Shown one piece after another: positions 10,673-23,329 of a stretch of 64,000 nt of DNA. Location: NCBI RefSeq assembly GCF_006345805.1, contig NC_043002.1, forward strand, positions 41,478,001-41,542,000, written 5' to 3'. The position numbers and the translations under genes are program-made. Under the pieces are notes generated by a model. That model was not told where the DNA came from. It made no database searches and saw nothing but the letters and a program-made list of their open reading frames with translations. The DNA comes from Octopus sinensis. Its lineage: Eukaryota. Numbering within the stretch: position 1 is the stretch's first letter; the number at the start of each line of letters is the position of its first letter.

Positions 10673-11288
10673 CAGATTGAAAGATCTCAGCCAGTGATGA
10701 ACTGTCTCTGCACAATTGGGTCTGTGGTGAGTCCCTATGGTCTGCCTTGCTGATTCCGTTGCTCTTCAGAAAAGGTCCTGCAAGTGCTGTTGATGCAGGT
10801 GGTGATCTTGATACACCATTGTAACCCTCGGTCGGTCACTGTGTGGATGATCATCCATACTGTTTGTGGCATTGTCTCATTCCCTCAGCTGCTCAGTTGT
10901 CTGAATACTGCAGTTCAAGTCATTAGCAATGACCTATGGATGTTGACCAGCATGGATATGTCTAGTGGCTTGCTCCCTCTGATTTTGTGTCAGTTTTGGC
11001 ATGCTTGCTGCGTTCAGGAAACGAAAGACAGGATGGTAAATTTGGGTACCTTTTATATCCAATGAGTCAACGTTTTGCACATGCATCATGCTTTTCATAA
11101 AGATGCGTTCACAAGCATTACCAACATTACATGCAATCCTTGTGTTTTTAAAATAGAGTGGCGTTGTGGATCAGTGACATCTTCCTGGTGTCAGATTACC
11201 TAGAAATGTGATAAAATCCATATAATCTCAATATCAGGTATGAAACAAATAATCTTTTACAGTGCGACGTTTCTTTTGTAGTTCAGTA
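10673..11288 (-). mobile_element. Tc1/mariner relic: left terminus plus N-terminal DNA-binding domain of the transposase
   Basis: Minus-strand frame 11002->10673 reads MPKLTQNQREQATRHIHAGQHP*VIANDLNCSIQTTEQLRE*DNATNSMDDHPHSDRPRVTMVYQDHHLHQQHLQDLF*RATESARQTIGTHHRPNCAETVHHWLRSFNL. This fits a paired-like HTH, a (G)RPR linker and a second HTH typical of Tc1. A candidate terminus TA|TACTGAACTACAAAA lies at 11290-11274. Confidence 0.8.
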
Positions 11289-12023
11289 TATTTATATACA
11301 ACAGGTTTCTTTCAGTTTCCGTCTACCAAATCTACTCACAAGGCATTGGTTAACCTGAGGCTATAGTAGAAGACTCCTGCCCAAGGTGCCATGCAATAGG
11401 ACTGAACCCAGAACCATGTAGTTGGGAAGAAAGCTTCTTGCTATACAGCCATGACTGCGCCTATGCTAACATTTCTGCCAGCTCTCTAGCAGAAAAGAAT
11501 AATGGCAATGAATCTTATTGAACATTTACCCAACTGTACCAATCCAAATCTAAAGACTTTATAAATTTTATGTTATTAACCCCGAAAGGATAAAAAGCAA
11601 AATTTATCTTGGTGAAATTTGAACTCAGAATACATACAGTTGGAATAAATACCACTCTGACAACTCTGACAATTTGCCAACTATTGGTTTTATGGTCAAA
11701 TTATAATTACCAGTATTCACAATTTTTTTTAATTACCAGTATTCATGATGAACAAAAAAAATCTAACTACTTTTTAGTAACAGCAAAAAAAAAAAATGAA
11801 GAGAAAATAGTAAAAAATAATTTTAAAAAACTGTTGCGGAAAGCTGCTTGACTGCTTTTCTTGAAACTTTTATGGCTGTGTAGTTAAAAAGTCTGTTTTC
11901 CAGCCATGTAGTTTTGTGTTCAGTCCCACTGTGCAGCACCTTGGGCAAGAGTCTTCTATTATGGCTTGGGCCAAATGTAATTCTTGTAGATTCAGTAAAC
12001 AGAAACCAAAAGAAGCCTGTAGG

Positions 12024-12058
<35 letters not shown>

Positions 12059-12318
12059 CATGCACGTGTGTGCATGCACGTGTGTGTGTGTGTGTACCTT
12101 TGTCTTGAAATCATGGTTGTTAACAAACATCTCCATCATATGAGCAGTGTTGTTCATTTCCAGCTGATGAGGATATATTACCTTGCTTGGAAATAGGTAT
12201 GGGTTGGTAAAAGGCAAGACATTTGGCAATAAAAAACCTGCCTCAGTGTATTCCTCCTGACCCATAGAAGCATGGAAAAGTGGATGTTAAATGATGATGA
12301 TGGTGATAATGATGATGA

Positions 12319-12349
<31 letters not shown>

Positions 12350-12684
12350 GTTTGTGTGTATGGGTGTGTATATGTGAGCATGTGCGTGTGTGTGTGTGTG
12401 TGTGTGTGCATGTGTGTAGGCATGGCTGTGAGGTTAAGAATGTTTGCTTTCTAGCCATATGGTTTCAGGTTCAATTCAACAACATGGCACCTTGGGAAAG
12501 TGTCTTCTGTTATAACTCTAGGCTAACCAAAGCCTTGTAAGGGGATTAGGTTAAAGGAAGCTGAAATTAGCCTATATACTTACTTGTGTGTGTATCTATC
12601 TATGTCCCTTCATCCTGGCATTGCATGATAAGAATAAGAAAGTGTCACTCTCATATAAGTGCTGTCTTTCATGAAAACATGTCC

Positions 12685-13300
12685 AGCAGGTGTGGCTATG
12701 TAGTAAGAAGCTTGCTTCCCAACCTCATGGTTCTGAGTTCAGTCCTTGGGCAAGTATCTTCTACTATAGCCTCAGGTGACCATAGCTTTGTGAGTGGATC
12801 TGGTTGACAGAAACTGAAAGAAGTGGCAAGCTGGCAGAAACGTCAGCATGCCGGGTGAAATGCTTAGCGGTATTTTATCTACCGCTACGTTCTGAGTTCA
12901 AATTGCACCAAGGTCGACTTTGCCTTTCATCCTTTCGGGGTCGATTAAATAAGTACCAGTTATGCACTGGGGTCAATATAATCGACTTAATCCGTTTGTC
13001 TGTCCTTGTTTGTCCCCTCTGTGTGTAACCCCTTGTGGGCAGTAAAGAAATAAGAAACTGAAAGAAGCTCATTGTATGCATGTCTACGTGTGTGTGTGTG
13101 TGTGTGTCTCACCACTACTTGACAACCAGTGTTGATATGTTTATATCCCTTTAACTTAGCAGTTTGGCAAAAGAGATCAACAGAATAAGTACCAAGCTTT
13201 AAAAAAATAAGTACTGGGGTTGATTCATACATACATACATACATTCTTCAAGGTAGTGCTCCAGCATGGCCGCAGTCTAATAACCAAAACAAGTAAGAGA
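12685..13300 (+). mobile_element. SINE B interrupted by a nested SINE A (tail type 2)
   Basis: The B head (12685-12823) and B 3' half (13068-13300) are split by SINE A 12824-13052; AGAAACTGAAAGAAG is duplicated at 12809-12823 and 13053-13067. Confidence 0.9.
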
Positions 13301-13319
13301 TAAAAAATTAAAATGTGGG

Positions 13320-13745
13320 AAAATATTCCTTCCTGCTCTAGGCACAAGGCCCAAAATTTTTGGGGAGGGGACCAGTTGATTGGATCGATCCCAGTATATA
13401 ACTGGTACTTAATTTATTGACCCTAAAAAGATGAAAGGCAAAGTCGACCTCAGCAGAATTTGAACTCAGAATGTAAAGACAGATGAAATACCACTAGGCA
13501 TTTCGCCTGGCATACTAACATTTCTACCAGCTCACCGCTTTACTGTTTCATAAATATTCTTTTCTGCTCAAAGCACACGGCCCAAAATTTTGGGGAGGGA
13601 GCCAGTCAATTAGAGCAACCCCAGTATGCAACTGGTACTTAATTTATCAACCCTGAAAGGATTGAAGGCAAAGTCAACCTTGGTAGAATTTGAACATAAA
13701 GACAGACAAAATACTGCTAAGCATTTTGCCAGCTTGCTGCCTTAG
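13320..13745 (-). mobile_element. Tandem pair of SINE A (tail type 1)
   Basis: Two copies starting AATATTC.TT.CTGCTC.A.GCACA.GGCCCAAAATTTT.GGGGAGGG at about 13321 and 13553. Confidence 0.85.
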
Positions 13746-14133
13746 AATGTGGGAAAAAATTACCTAGCTTGGAGACAGTTAAGAGTTGGTGATAGGATTT
13801 GATTCCAATCGTAAAAAAATGTGGCCTCAATGAATTCCTTCTGATCCAAGCATGCATGGAAGGAAATATGTATTTCAAAATGATGATAATTATAATAACG
13901 GCCAGAAGGAATTAACAGCAGTACTCCAGCATGGTCACAGCTCTTAAGCTGAAACTAGTAAAAGAAATATCTGTACACATTTTCTTTTTCACAGGCAAGA
14001 AGGATTATTTTTCTGCAGGAGCCAGATTTCAAAAAAAAAAAAAAATAAAAAAAAAAAAATAAAAAAAGAAAAAACTCCTGGTGAGCTGTATCAACAAAAA
14101 ATAATCTGTATAAAATCTGCAGGGAAAAAAAAA

Positions 14134-14509
14134 TCTCTCTATATATAAACGGCAGTTTGTCTGTGTGTGTGTCTGTTAGGTTGTACCCTCACCCTGACCA
14201 CGGCTTTCAACCGATTCTGATGAAACTTGATACACACATAGCCCAATGTCATAATTCAAAACTAACACAGCGAAAATTTTGAAAAGTTCCCCCAGTTCTG
14301 AAAAAAATCGATAAATTCGACATGGAGCCGAGAATCAGAAACACAAACCACAGACTGTCTAGGGGACGCAACTCGACCTTTTTAACTCTCAAAAAAAATT
14401 TACCATAATATTTTTTCCATTTTTTTGCTATTTTTTGGCTATAACTCTCTAAAAATGCTTTATAGTTATTTCCCTTACAAACCCGAGCAACGCCGGGTGA
14501 TACTGCTAG
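14134..14509 (+). mobile_element. Non-autonomous Helitron
   Basis: 5' TC(TCTCTATATATAAA) start, subterminal hairpin ACCCG-AGCAACGC-CGGGT (14481-14498), 3' CTAG at 14506-14509, inserted between A and T with no TSD. Confidence 0.85.
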
Positions 14510-14554
14510 TATACATATAAATTACTATGACTGATTTGTCACAGAAGTGAAAGT

Positions 14555-14800
14555 TTTATCATCATCATCATCATCATCATCAACACTGTCATCATCATCG
14601 TTGTTGCCACCACCACCACCACCACCATCATCATCGTTGTCATCATCATCATCATCAGTGTTTAGTATCCATTTCTCCATGCTTGCATGGATTGACCAGG
14701 ATTTGTTGAAGCGAATTTTCTATAGTTGGACACCACCTTTCCTGTTGCCACCCATCATCTGTTTCCAAGTAAAGCATTATTCCCTAGAACCAGATCTATT
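14555..14800 (-). mobile_element. RTE-type 3' end with (ATC)n/(ACC)n tail microsatellite
   Basis: TCATCATC...TTTA..ATCCATTT.TCCATGCTTGCATGG is the reverse complement of the RTE terminus. Similar fragments lie at about 12200-12345(+), 15540-15750(-), 16740-16900(-), 19625-19790(+), 27700-27935(-), 34190-34517(+) and 36150-36315(-). Confidence 0.7.
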
Positions 14801-14918
14801 TTTACAGAAGATTGGAAATGAAGGACATTGCTTCCATAATAATGACATCCATTTACAACTATCTCATGAAGTTAAGGCAAAGAGACAGTAATACACACTT
14901 GTGTATGTACATACACAC

Positions 14919-15057
14919 ACACACACATACATACATACATACATACATACATACATACACACATGCTCACATACATACGTACATACATACATACATACAT
15001 ACATACATACATACATACATACATACATACATACATACATACTTACATACATACATA
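14919..15057. repeat. (ACAT)n tetranucleotide microsatellite
   Basis: Directly visible. Confidence 0.95.
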
Positions 15058-15059
15058 AA

Positions 15060-15285
15060 TTCTTTCTTTTATTCTTTTACTTGTTTCAATTATTTGACTG
15101 TAGCCATGCTGGAACATTGCTGCTAGTCAAACAAATTGACCCAAAGACTTATTCTTTGTAAGCCTAGTACTTATTCTATCAGTCACTTTTACCAAACCGC
15201 TAAGTTAAGAGGACACAAACACACCAGCATCATACAAACACAGACACAAATACATATATACATATATACATACATACATATATAC

Positions 15286-15370
<85 letters not shown>

Positions 15371-15540
15371 ATATATGTATATATGACAGGCTTCTTTCAG
15401 TTTCCATCTACCAAATCCACTAACAAGGCTTTGGTCAGCTTGGGACTATAGTAGAAGACACTGGCCCAAGATGCCATGCAGTGGGACTGAAACCAGAACC
15501 ATGTGGTTGGGAAGCAAGCTTCTTACCACACAGCCACTCC
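15060..15540 (-). mobile_element. Full-length SINE B with expanded internal (TA)n
   Basis: Both halves match 16995-17390; the internal microsatellite spans 15255-15380. Confidence 0.85.
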
Positions 15541-15758
15541 TATCATCGTCATCATCATCATTTAATATCCATTTTCTATGCTGGCATGGGTTGAACAATT
15601 TGACTGGAGCTGGCAAGCTGGAGGGCTGCACCAGGCTCCAGTCATCTATTTTGTCATGGTTTCTAGGGTTAAATGGCCTTTCTAATGCCAGCCACTTTAC
15701 AGAGCATACTGGGTGCTTTTTACATGGCACTGGTACAGGTGCTTTTTTCAACATTAGG

Positions 15759-16160
15759 CTTCTTTCAGTTTCTTATTTCTTTATTGTCCACAATGGGCTA
15801 AACATAGAGGGGACAAACAAGGACAGACAATGGGATTACGTTGATTACATTGACCCCAGTGCGTAACTGGTACTTAATTTATTGACACCAAAAGGACAAA
15901 AGGCAAAGTTGACCTCGGCGGAATTTGAACTCGGATTGTAAAGACAGATGAAATACCGCTAAGCATTTTGCCCGGCGTGCTAATGTTTCTGGCAGCTCGC
16001 TACCTTCAGTTTCTTCTTTCAGTTTCTATCAACCAAACTCACTCATGAAGCTTTCCTCAACGTGGAGCTATAGTAGAAGACAATTGTCAAAGGTGTCATA
16101 TAGTAAGACTGAACCTAAAACCATATGGTTAGACAGGAAATTTCTTAACCCCACAACCAA
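15759..16160 (-). mobile_element. SINE B 5' half carrying a nested SINE A (tail type 2)
   Basis: SINE A at 15774-16006 is flanked by CTTCTTTCAGTTTCT at 15759-15773 and 16013-16027; the B head continues to about 16160. Confidence 0.85.
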
Positions 16161-16463
16161 GTCTTCTTTTGTTTACTGTATTCAATTCCAGATACTTTTG
16201 AATACTGGTCTCTCTTCCTTCAAAAGTATTTCAAATCAAACATTTTTCAAACTGCTGCTCCTGACTCACTTATCTCTCTGCTTCTCCTCACTCATATTAT
16301 GTTTCTCACAACACCCTAGGTTCTGCACTAACCACTGTCCCCAGGTCTTTCTTTCTAGATTGTCAACAACAATTCAAGAGAAATACAGACTACATTGATC
16401 TTAGAGGGACTATGAAGGCCATAGGGATAGTACCTTTCTTTTGATGAAACCATCATTGTCATT

Positions 16464-16722
16464 GTGGAGGCGCGTGGCTTAGTGGTTGGGGTGTCAGCAT
16501 CATGATCGTAAGATTGTGGTTTCGATTCCTGGACCGGGTGACACGTGTTCTTGAGCAAAATACTTCATTTCACATTGCTCCAGTTCACTCAGCTAGCAAA
16601 AATGAGTAACGCTGCAATGGACTAGCGACCCGTCCAGCTGGGGAACACATACGCCACAGAAACCAGGAAACCGGGCCCATGAGCCTGGCTAGGCTTTAAA
16701 AAAGGCGCATTTATTTTTATTT
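16464..16722 (+). mobile_element. tRNA-derived SINE C, tail type I
   Basis: A box TGGCTTAGTGG, B box GTTTCGATTCC, core TTGAGCAAAA.ACTT.ATTTCAC.TTGCTCCAGT.CACTCAGCT; 12-bp TSD ATCATTGTCATT at 16452-16463 and 16723-16734. Confidence 0.9.
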
Positions 16723-16994
16723 ATCATTGTCATTATCCTCATTTTAATGTCTACTTTTCCATACTTGTATGAGTCAAACGGAATTTGCTGAGGAGATTTT
16801 TTTTATGGTCAGATACCCTTCCAGTTTCCAATCCTCCACATCTCCACATCTCTTCCAAGTAGTGCAATAGTTTCCCTTGACCAAACGTTTTCAGATTGGA
16901 AATGAATGACACTACTTCTATGAAAGTGATATTTATTTACAACTGTCATCCAATATCAAGACTAGGAGAGAAAACACACACACACACACAATGT

Positions 16995-17390
16995 ATATAC
17001 TCTTACTCTTTTACTTGTTTCAGTCATTTGATTGCGGCCATGCTGGAGCACCACCTTTAGTTTCGCAAATCGACCCCAGGACTTAGTCTTTGTAAGCCTA
17101 GTACTTATTCTATCGGTCTTTTTTGCTGAACCGCTAAGTTAGGGGGACGTAAACTCGCCAGCATCAGTTGTCAAGCGATGTTGGGGGGACAAACACAGAC
17201 ACACACATATATATACATATATATGATGGGCTTCTTTCAGTTTCCATCTACCAAATCCACTCACAAGAATTTGGTTGACCCAAGGCTATTGTAGAAGACA
17301 CTTGCCCAAGGTGCCATGCAGTGGGACTGAACCCGGAACCATGTGGTTGTTAAGCAAGCTACTTACCACACAGCCACTCCTGCACCTCAT
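16995..17390 (-). mobile_element. Full-length SINE B (tRNA head, CCTTGGGCAAGTG CORE-like segment, internal microsatellite)
   Basis: Reverse complement reads GGAGTGGCTGTGTGGTAAG...GGGTTCAGTCCC...CCTTGGGCAAGTGTCTTCTAC... ending GACTGAAACAAGTAAAAGAGT. Comparable full copies lie at 18480-18872(-), 29660-30055(+), 36600-36985(+), 39360-39720(-) and 48150-48500(-). Confidence 0.9.
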
Positions 17391-18304
17391 ATGATGGACT
17401 TTTTTTTTGCTTTCTGTCTACCAAATCCACTCACAAGGCTTTGGGAGGTCTGAAGCTATAGTAGAAATCCTTTGCCAAAGGTGTCATTCAGTGGGACTAA
17501 ACCTAAAACCATGTGGTTATGAAGTAAACTTGTTAATCACACAGCCAAGCAAAAGAAATAGAAAATAAAAATTCTGATGTCTAGTGTTTGATATAGAGTT
17601 CTGTCAAAGTTACAAACCACAGATCAGGTGAATCTGGGAACAGAAAAATTGATTTAATCAATTCTAGTTGCTTGACTGTAATTTACTTTAACAATATTAA
17701 GATTAGGAAAAAATAAGGCTGACATCCTTTGGATTTGATCTCAGAATGTAAAGGGAGATAATTGAATAGCACCAGGCTTTTCCAATTTTATTCATCCAGT
17801 TAAGTCTAATATCAACAAAATAGAGCACATACATTATTTACAAGATTTGTAATCTGCGCTACTTGTGAGACTATACATACCTTTAAAAATCATTGCTTTT
17901 TTAACTAGCAAATTCTTGTCTTGAATTAGCAAAACAGCAGGATGAACACAAATTGCATACATATATGCATGCTATATAAATTTTACTGTAATTTGAGCTG
18001 CTGCTAGTGTATCTTAAATTGAAATTATATATAATAAATAAACAAACACTTCGTTACATAAACAATTTTAAGTGTTATACATAAATAAACAAAAAAATTG
18101 TAGTTCTGAGCTGAACATGTTATTCTTCTTTGCCTCAGTTCTTCAAGCTATTCAAGTATGTGTCATATCATTAGAGAATGTCACCTGTGATAAACCATTG
18201 TTCTATTCACGGGGAACTTTACCTTGCATCTGCTAAGCACTACAAAGTTGGGGTGAAATAGGAACATTTTCAGAAATCGTTTAATGGTTTAGAAAAATTT
18301 TAGA

Positions 18305-18677
18305 GTTTAATTATTGTGGTTTTTTAAAACTATTTTTTAAAACATATTTACATATTTCAATTAATTTTGAAAATAATGATTTATTTATTAAAATGACTTT
18401 GTCGTCGTTAAGCTGGTGTTTGGAATATAAATCAACATGGAAGTTTTGATGGAAAGTTATAACTTAGATCACTTTAAATACTCTTTTACTTGTTTCAGTC
18501 ATTTGACTGTGGCCATGCTGGAGCATTGCCTTTAGTTGAGCAAATCGACCCCAGGACTTATTCTTTGTAAACCTTGTACTTATTCTATCGGTCTCTTTTC
18601 CCGAACTGCTAAGTTACGGGACATAGACACACCAGCATCGGTTGTCAAGCGATGGGGGGGGGACAAACAATACACAC

Positions 18678-18708
<31 letters not shown>

Positions 18709-18930
18709 CGATGGGTTTCTTTCAGTTTCTGTCTACCAAATCCACTCACAAGGCTTTGGTCGGTCTGGGGCTATAGTAGAAGACACTTGCTCAAGGTGTC
18801 ATGCAGTGGGACTGGACCTGGAACCATGTGGTTCGTAGGCAAGCTACTTACCACACAGCCACTCCTACACCTCAGAAGTTGTATCATAAAACCAAGAGCA
18901 GTTTCAGATAGATTGCTTTCAAAAGGGTTT
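18305..18930 (+). mobile_element. piggyBac-type MITE fragment interrupted by SINE B (18480-18872)
   Basis: 18305-18478 plus 18873-18930 resemble the TTAA-flanked element at 32657-32852, ending TCAAAAGGGTT. A reverse degenerate copy lies at about 9765-9990. Confidence 0.55.
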
Positions 18931-21010
18931 ATCAGTAAATGTCTTGTTAAAAACGGTAAATTCTTTGATTTCAGCAAGAGATTTTTGGTGTGAATACCAT
19001 CATTAACTTTCTCTGTTGCCATAATTGTTTGTTTAGTTTCTGACCAAAAGGATTCCAGTTGTATTCATCTTGTCGTTTTTTACATTAAAGACTACATCGT
19101 CCAATGTATCCTTCCTTTTCTAGACTGTGGGATGTGATTTGAAGGACATTTAGTTGCTGTATTTAGCAAGTTGAGTAATTACTCAAAGGACCCCTTATTA
19201 GCTTTTAGTGTTGTTGTCTGTTGGAAAAGACAGTATTCACTAAACTACTTTACAGAGGGGAACTGGCAGAATCACCAGAGTCAAAATGCTTTGTTGTATT
19301 TGTTCTGGCTCTTAATATTCTAAGTTCAAATCCTGCTGTGGTTATCTTTGCTTTTCATTCCTCTTGAGTTGATAAAATAAAGTACCATCAAGTACAGAGG
19401 GCAATAGCATCAGCTTCTTCCTCTCCTCAAAACTATTGGTCTTGTGTCTAAATCAGAAATCATTATTTAGCCTTGCCTATCTACATTCATAGTTCAAGCC
19501 CTCCTAGCGCCACCGTTATCTTTCACCTTCTCACACACTCTAACCTCTCACCCCCTAGCATAGAATGGACTCCCACCTTCCTCAGGGTTTGTAGTCTTGT
19601 GTGCTGCATAGTTACTTCAATAGTACTGGTGGCACAAGAAAAGCACCCAGTTTATGGTGTAAAGTGGTTGGCATTAGGAAGGGCATCCAACTATAGAAAT
19701 CATGCGAAAGCAGACAGTGACGTACGATACAGTCCTTGGACCCGCTGGTCCAAACCAGCTAACTCATGCCATAATAATGATGATGATGATGAATACATGG
19801 CTAAACTCATTTAAACTTTATCACACCACTGTACCACGTAAGTGAGATTCTTCTGCATGTTTATTTAGCTTGCGGAATGCTTCCTCGAAGTATTTCCCCG
19901 CTCCCTTCATCCATATTGTTAACTGATATCTAACGTCTCTTATTTGACAAGGACTATTTTGGAGAGTCGGGAGTGCTGTAGACTAAAGCGGTAAATCACT
20001 CGTCATTCCGAGTTTATGAATCGTTGTTTACCCCCAGGTTGTCAGCCTTGATTCAGCAGACTTATAATCAAAAGCATTCCAGCCCTAATAATTGTATCAT
20101 TTTTAATATCTATTCTATCCCTAAAGCGGCAAGCTGGCAGAATCGTTAGCACGCCGGGCAAAATGCTTTGCGGCAGTTCGTCCGTCTTTACGATCTGAGT
20201 TCAAATACTGTCGAAGTCGACTTAGCCTTTCATTCTTTCGGAGTGGATAAAATAAGTACCAGTTAAGCAATAGAGGCCCCTGAAATGCAAAATTTGAAAC
20301 CGATATCTATGATATCCAATGCGGATATAATTTGAGAGAATTTCGTTGACATTTCTTGCAATTAAGACTGCGTAGAGATTACTTCGTTGGCTCATCTGTG
20401 AATCCGTTTTGAATTTTTATTTGAGCCAAATGTTTTTCTTTATTACTATGTCAATGCCTTTGCGAACGACAGGAAACTTCTACATCTTATAGAAACAACC
20501 GCGCTATAAAAATCGGCAGTTTTGCGCCTACGTAAGAAATATAATTGGTTTATAAATATGATGTATGAGTATGTGTTTGATATTATGCGTGTATGTAGCT
20601 ACTAGTACACGTAGTAATGTTTTCCACAAACATAAGAATCACTTTCATAAACAGGAGATACGCTCACTAAGCTCACTATTAATGAACGTTTCCCAGTTTT
20701 TTTTTTTGCACACTACCGGAGGAGCATTTATGTGGTCGCTCGATTTGCTAAAAATAGCAGTCGACAATGTAACCAGGACCATCGGGCAAATCAGTGCATT
20801 GGAGTCACTTCGTACACAACCACCGTATGTAACGATTAGCATTGAGCCTCAAGATCTGTGTGGACCCAGACAATTGTCGAGAATGTATATGCTTTCATGT
20901 CATAAACCGGCACCGAATGTAGTCCTTGATATACGCAAAAAAGATAACTTGGTTACAGCTGGAACATCTTTGAGCTTATGTTTGCTCGATCGGAATTGTC
21001 CTGTGAATCA

Positions 21011-21041
<31 letters not shown>

Positions 21042-21633
21042 ATGATAAAGGAAAACAAAATTATAAGGTGTTCATTATTTAACTGATTTCTATGGTCAAA
21101 TAAAGATCTCAATTAACTCCAGCAAAGTTTAACTGAACTCAAAACTTAGTGAAGTTCCGCACCTGTGAGAGGATATTGTCCAAACCCTTAATACCATTCG
21201 TATGTCATTCAACCGTGTCCGTTTGGTCTCTTTGGGTGAGGAAGAGAGATAAATCAAAGAGTTTTGAAACTTGGGCTTCAATAGAGAAGAAATGTTAAAG
21301 GTATTATGAAACATATAATGTTCCGAGTTCATGTAAGATAACTTCAGTGAGTTTCAATTACTGCGAGGAGAGTAGCATCTAATGTGTTAACTCTTTTGAT
21401 AAAAAACCGCCCGTGGTTTTATGACGTAAATTTCCTATTTTACAGTGAAATGAAAACCTTCCATAAAAATTTCATATCAATTTATGTTCCAAACTCCAGT
21501 TTGACAATGATGAAGTTATTTCACGAAATTCTTCATTATTACCTCGATTAATTAAAACAAAGGCAGTGTATTTTAACAGGAATTCGGGGCCTTGTTCTTC
21601 TTCTGAGATAGACAGACAGGGAGATAGATAAAT

Positions 21634-21671
<38 letters not shown>

Positions 21672-21785
21672 TGAGAGTGAGTGAGAGAGAGAGAGAGAGA
21701 GAGAGAGGGGGAGGGAGAGAGAGAGCTGTGTAAGTTCTGTATAAGAACTTAAGACTTATCTCCATCTAATATAAACTCTCTTTAA

Positions 21786-22000
21786 TGCGGCGAACTGGCA
21801 GAAACGTTAAGCACGCCGGGCGAAATGCTTAGCAGTATTCATCTGTCTTTACGTTCAGAGTTCGAATACTGCCGAGGACGACTTTGCCTTTCATCCTTTC
21901 GAGGTCGATAAAATAAGTACCAGCTATGTACTGAAGTTGGTTTAATCGACTGGTCCCCTTCCCCAAAATTTTGGGCCTTGTGTCTAGAGTAGAAAAGAAT
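21786..22000 (+). mobile_element. SINE A, CpG-retaining copy; others at about 19255-19465, 20125-20310, 31897-32115 and 46860-47060(-)
   Basis: GCGGCGAACTGGCAGAAACGTT..GCACGCCGGGCGAAATGC head, GAGTTCGAAT B box, GACTTTGCCTTTCATCCTTTCG.GGTCGATAAAATAAGTACCAG core. From memory, the core resembles the Meta/Sauria-SINE domain. Confidence 0.9.
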
Positions 22001-23029
22001 ATAAACTCTCTTTAACATCACTGTGCTCTCTGACTCCGTATTTTATCCAATATTATTCTGAATTTGAAACCTCGCTAACGTTACGGTTGATTTAATTAAA
22101 GAAAAATATAATAACATCTGATTTTGATTCTACTGAGAATATTGTCTATAGACGAAGAATGTAATCGTACTTAGACAAACCAGTACGAGCCAGCAAGGGG
22201 AGCCTTTACATTAGTAGTTCCTAACCTGGGGTGTTAGCACCTTTATAGGGAACAGGAAATCCGAATTAAAACTTCCTTTGCTTTTGAACAACCACTAGAA
22301 AAGATTCAAAGTAAGATAGTGACCGATTCGACTTGTCATCAAAAGGGTGCTTGTTTGACAAAAGGTTAGGAAATACTGTTCTACGTAGTCTCTAGCTTGA
22401 CCTGCTAGAAATAGCAGCCAAATCTTTCCCAAAATCAACCACCGCCCCACTGTCTTAAAATAAGGGAAGGTCACGTCTGATAATGTAGTCTTAGGTTGCT
22501 CTAAAATGAGAGTAGGATCACGCTTGGAATGCTTTTGATCATCAGTGTACACAGTCACGGTTGATTTGGGGCTAAAGTTACAATAACAAAGTACATACGA
22601 CTATACACACTCGCTCATACATATACGTATACACGACTATATATACACATATATATTCACTGCTATAAGATTATATAAAATTGTATTTTAAAACGCATGT
22701 AGTTTTTTTTTTTGTAAATGTATATATTACACAGCGATGTCGTTTTAGTTAGATTTTTTTAAATGAAACATTTAACTACGATACGTTTGTACCATGCGTG
22801 TAAATCTGAGGCATTGTTTATATAGATAGGAAAATACCTGGTCATAGACACATACGCACAGACACAGACTTGCATATAGATTTATATATATATATATATA
22901 TATATATATCCATCCAAATATATATAAATTTTACATTATATATATATATATATGAATATAGACATAGAAAGAGATAGATAAATATTATACTATATATACA
23001 CACACAATTCGGTGGACTTATATACTATC

Positions 23030-23329
23030 TACCACTTCACCGGCTCGGTGCTACTTCCAACATACACAGTATTAGGCCCGCCTTCTTGCCGTCACTCAAT
23101 GTCATAGCCTTGCTCACTTCTTCCTTATTTATACCCCCCCTCCACCTCACAACTCCGCCCACCGTTCTATGTAGTTTCGCGCACCGCTCTCATCTCCATT
23201 CACGTTAACTACAACACAGTAGTAAACATTCGGATTTAGCTGCATTTCCTGGAGTCCAGATGAAGCTTGGGAACAAGTGAGGCATGAAAGCTATCATAAC
23301 TTTTATTATAGTGTTTGGGTATTTTCACG
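23030..23329 (+). promoter_or_regulatory. Candidate Pol II promoter and first exon
   Basis: Non-repetitive CpG-containing block with CCCGCC/CCGCCC GC boxes (about 23077 and 23155) and TTTCGCGC (about 23175), ending in a consensus donor CACG|GTAAGT at 23329/23330. Confidence 0.4.
23284..23329 (+). CDS. Candidate first coding exon encoding a signal-peptide-like N-terminus (MKAIITFIIVFGYFH, phase 1)
   Basis: ATG in GGCATGA context, a basic residue followed by a hydrophobic run, and a phase-1 GTAAGT donor. No downstream exon could be assigned with confidence. Confidence 0.3.

Noticed and set aside
18139-18155. 17-nt micro-exon candidate (TTGCCTCAG|...|GTATGT)
   Set aside because: Good splice signals, but such short matches arise by chance in 64 kb and there are no partner exons.
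20565-21086. 173-aa ORF downstream of a TATAAAA at about 20505
   Set aside because: No recognisable domain; it includes repeat-D-like sequence and a (TA)n tract, and has no convincing splice structure.
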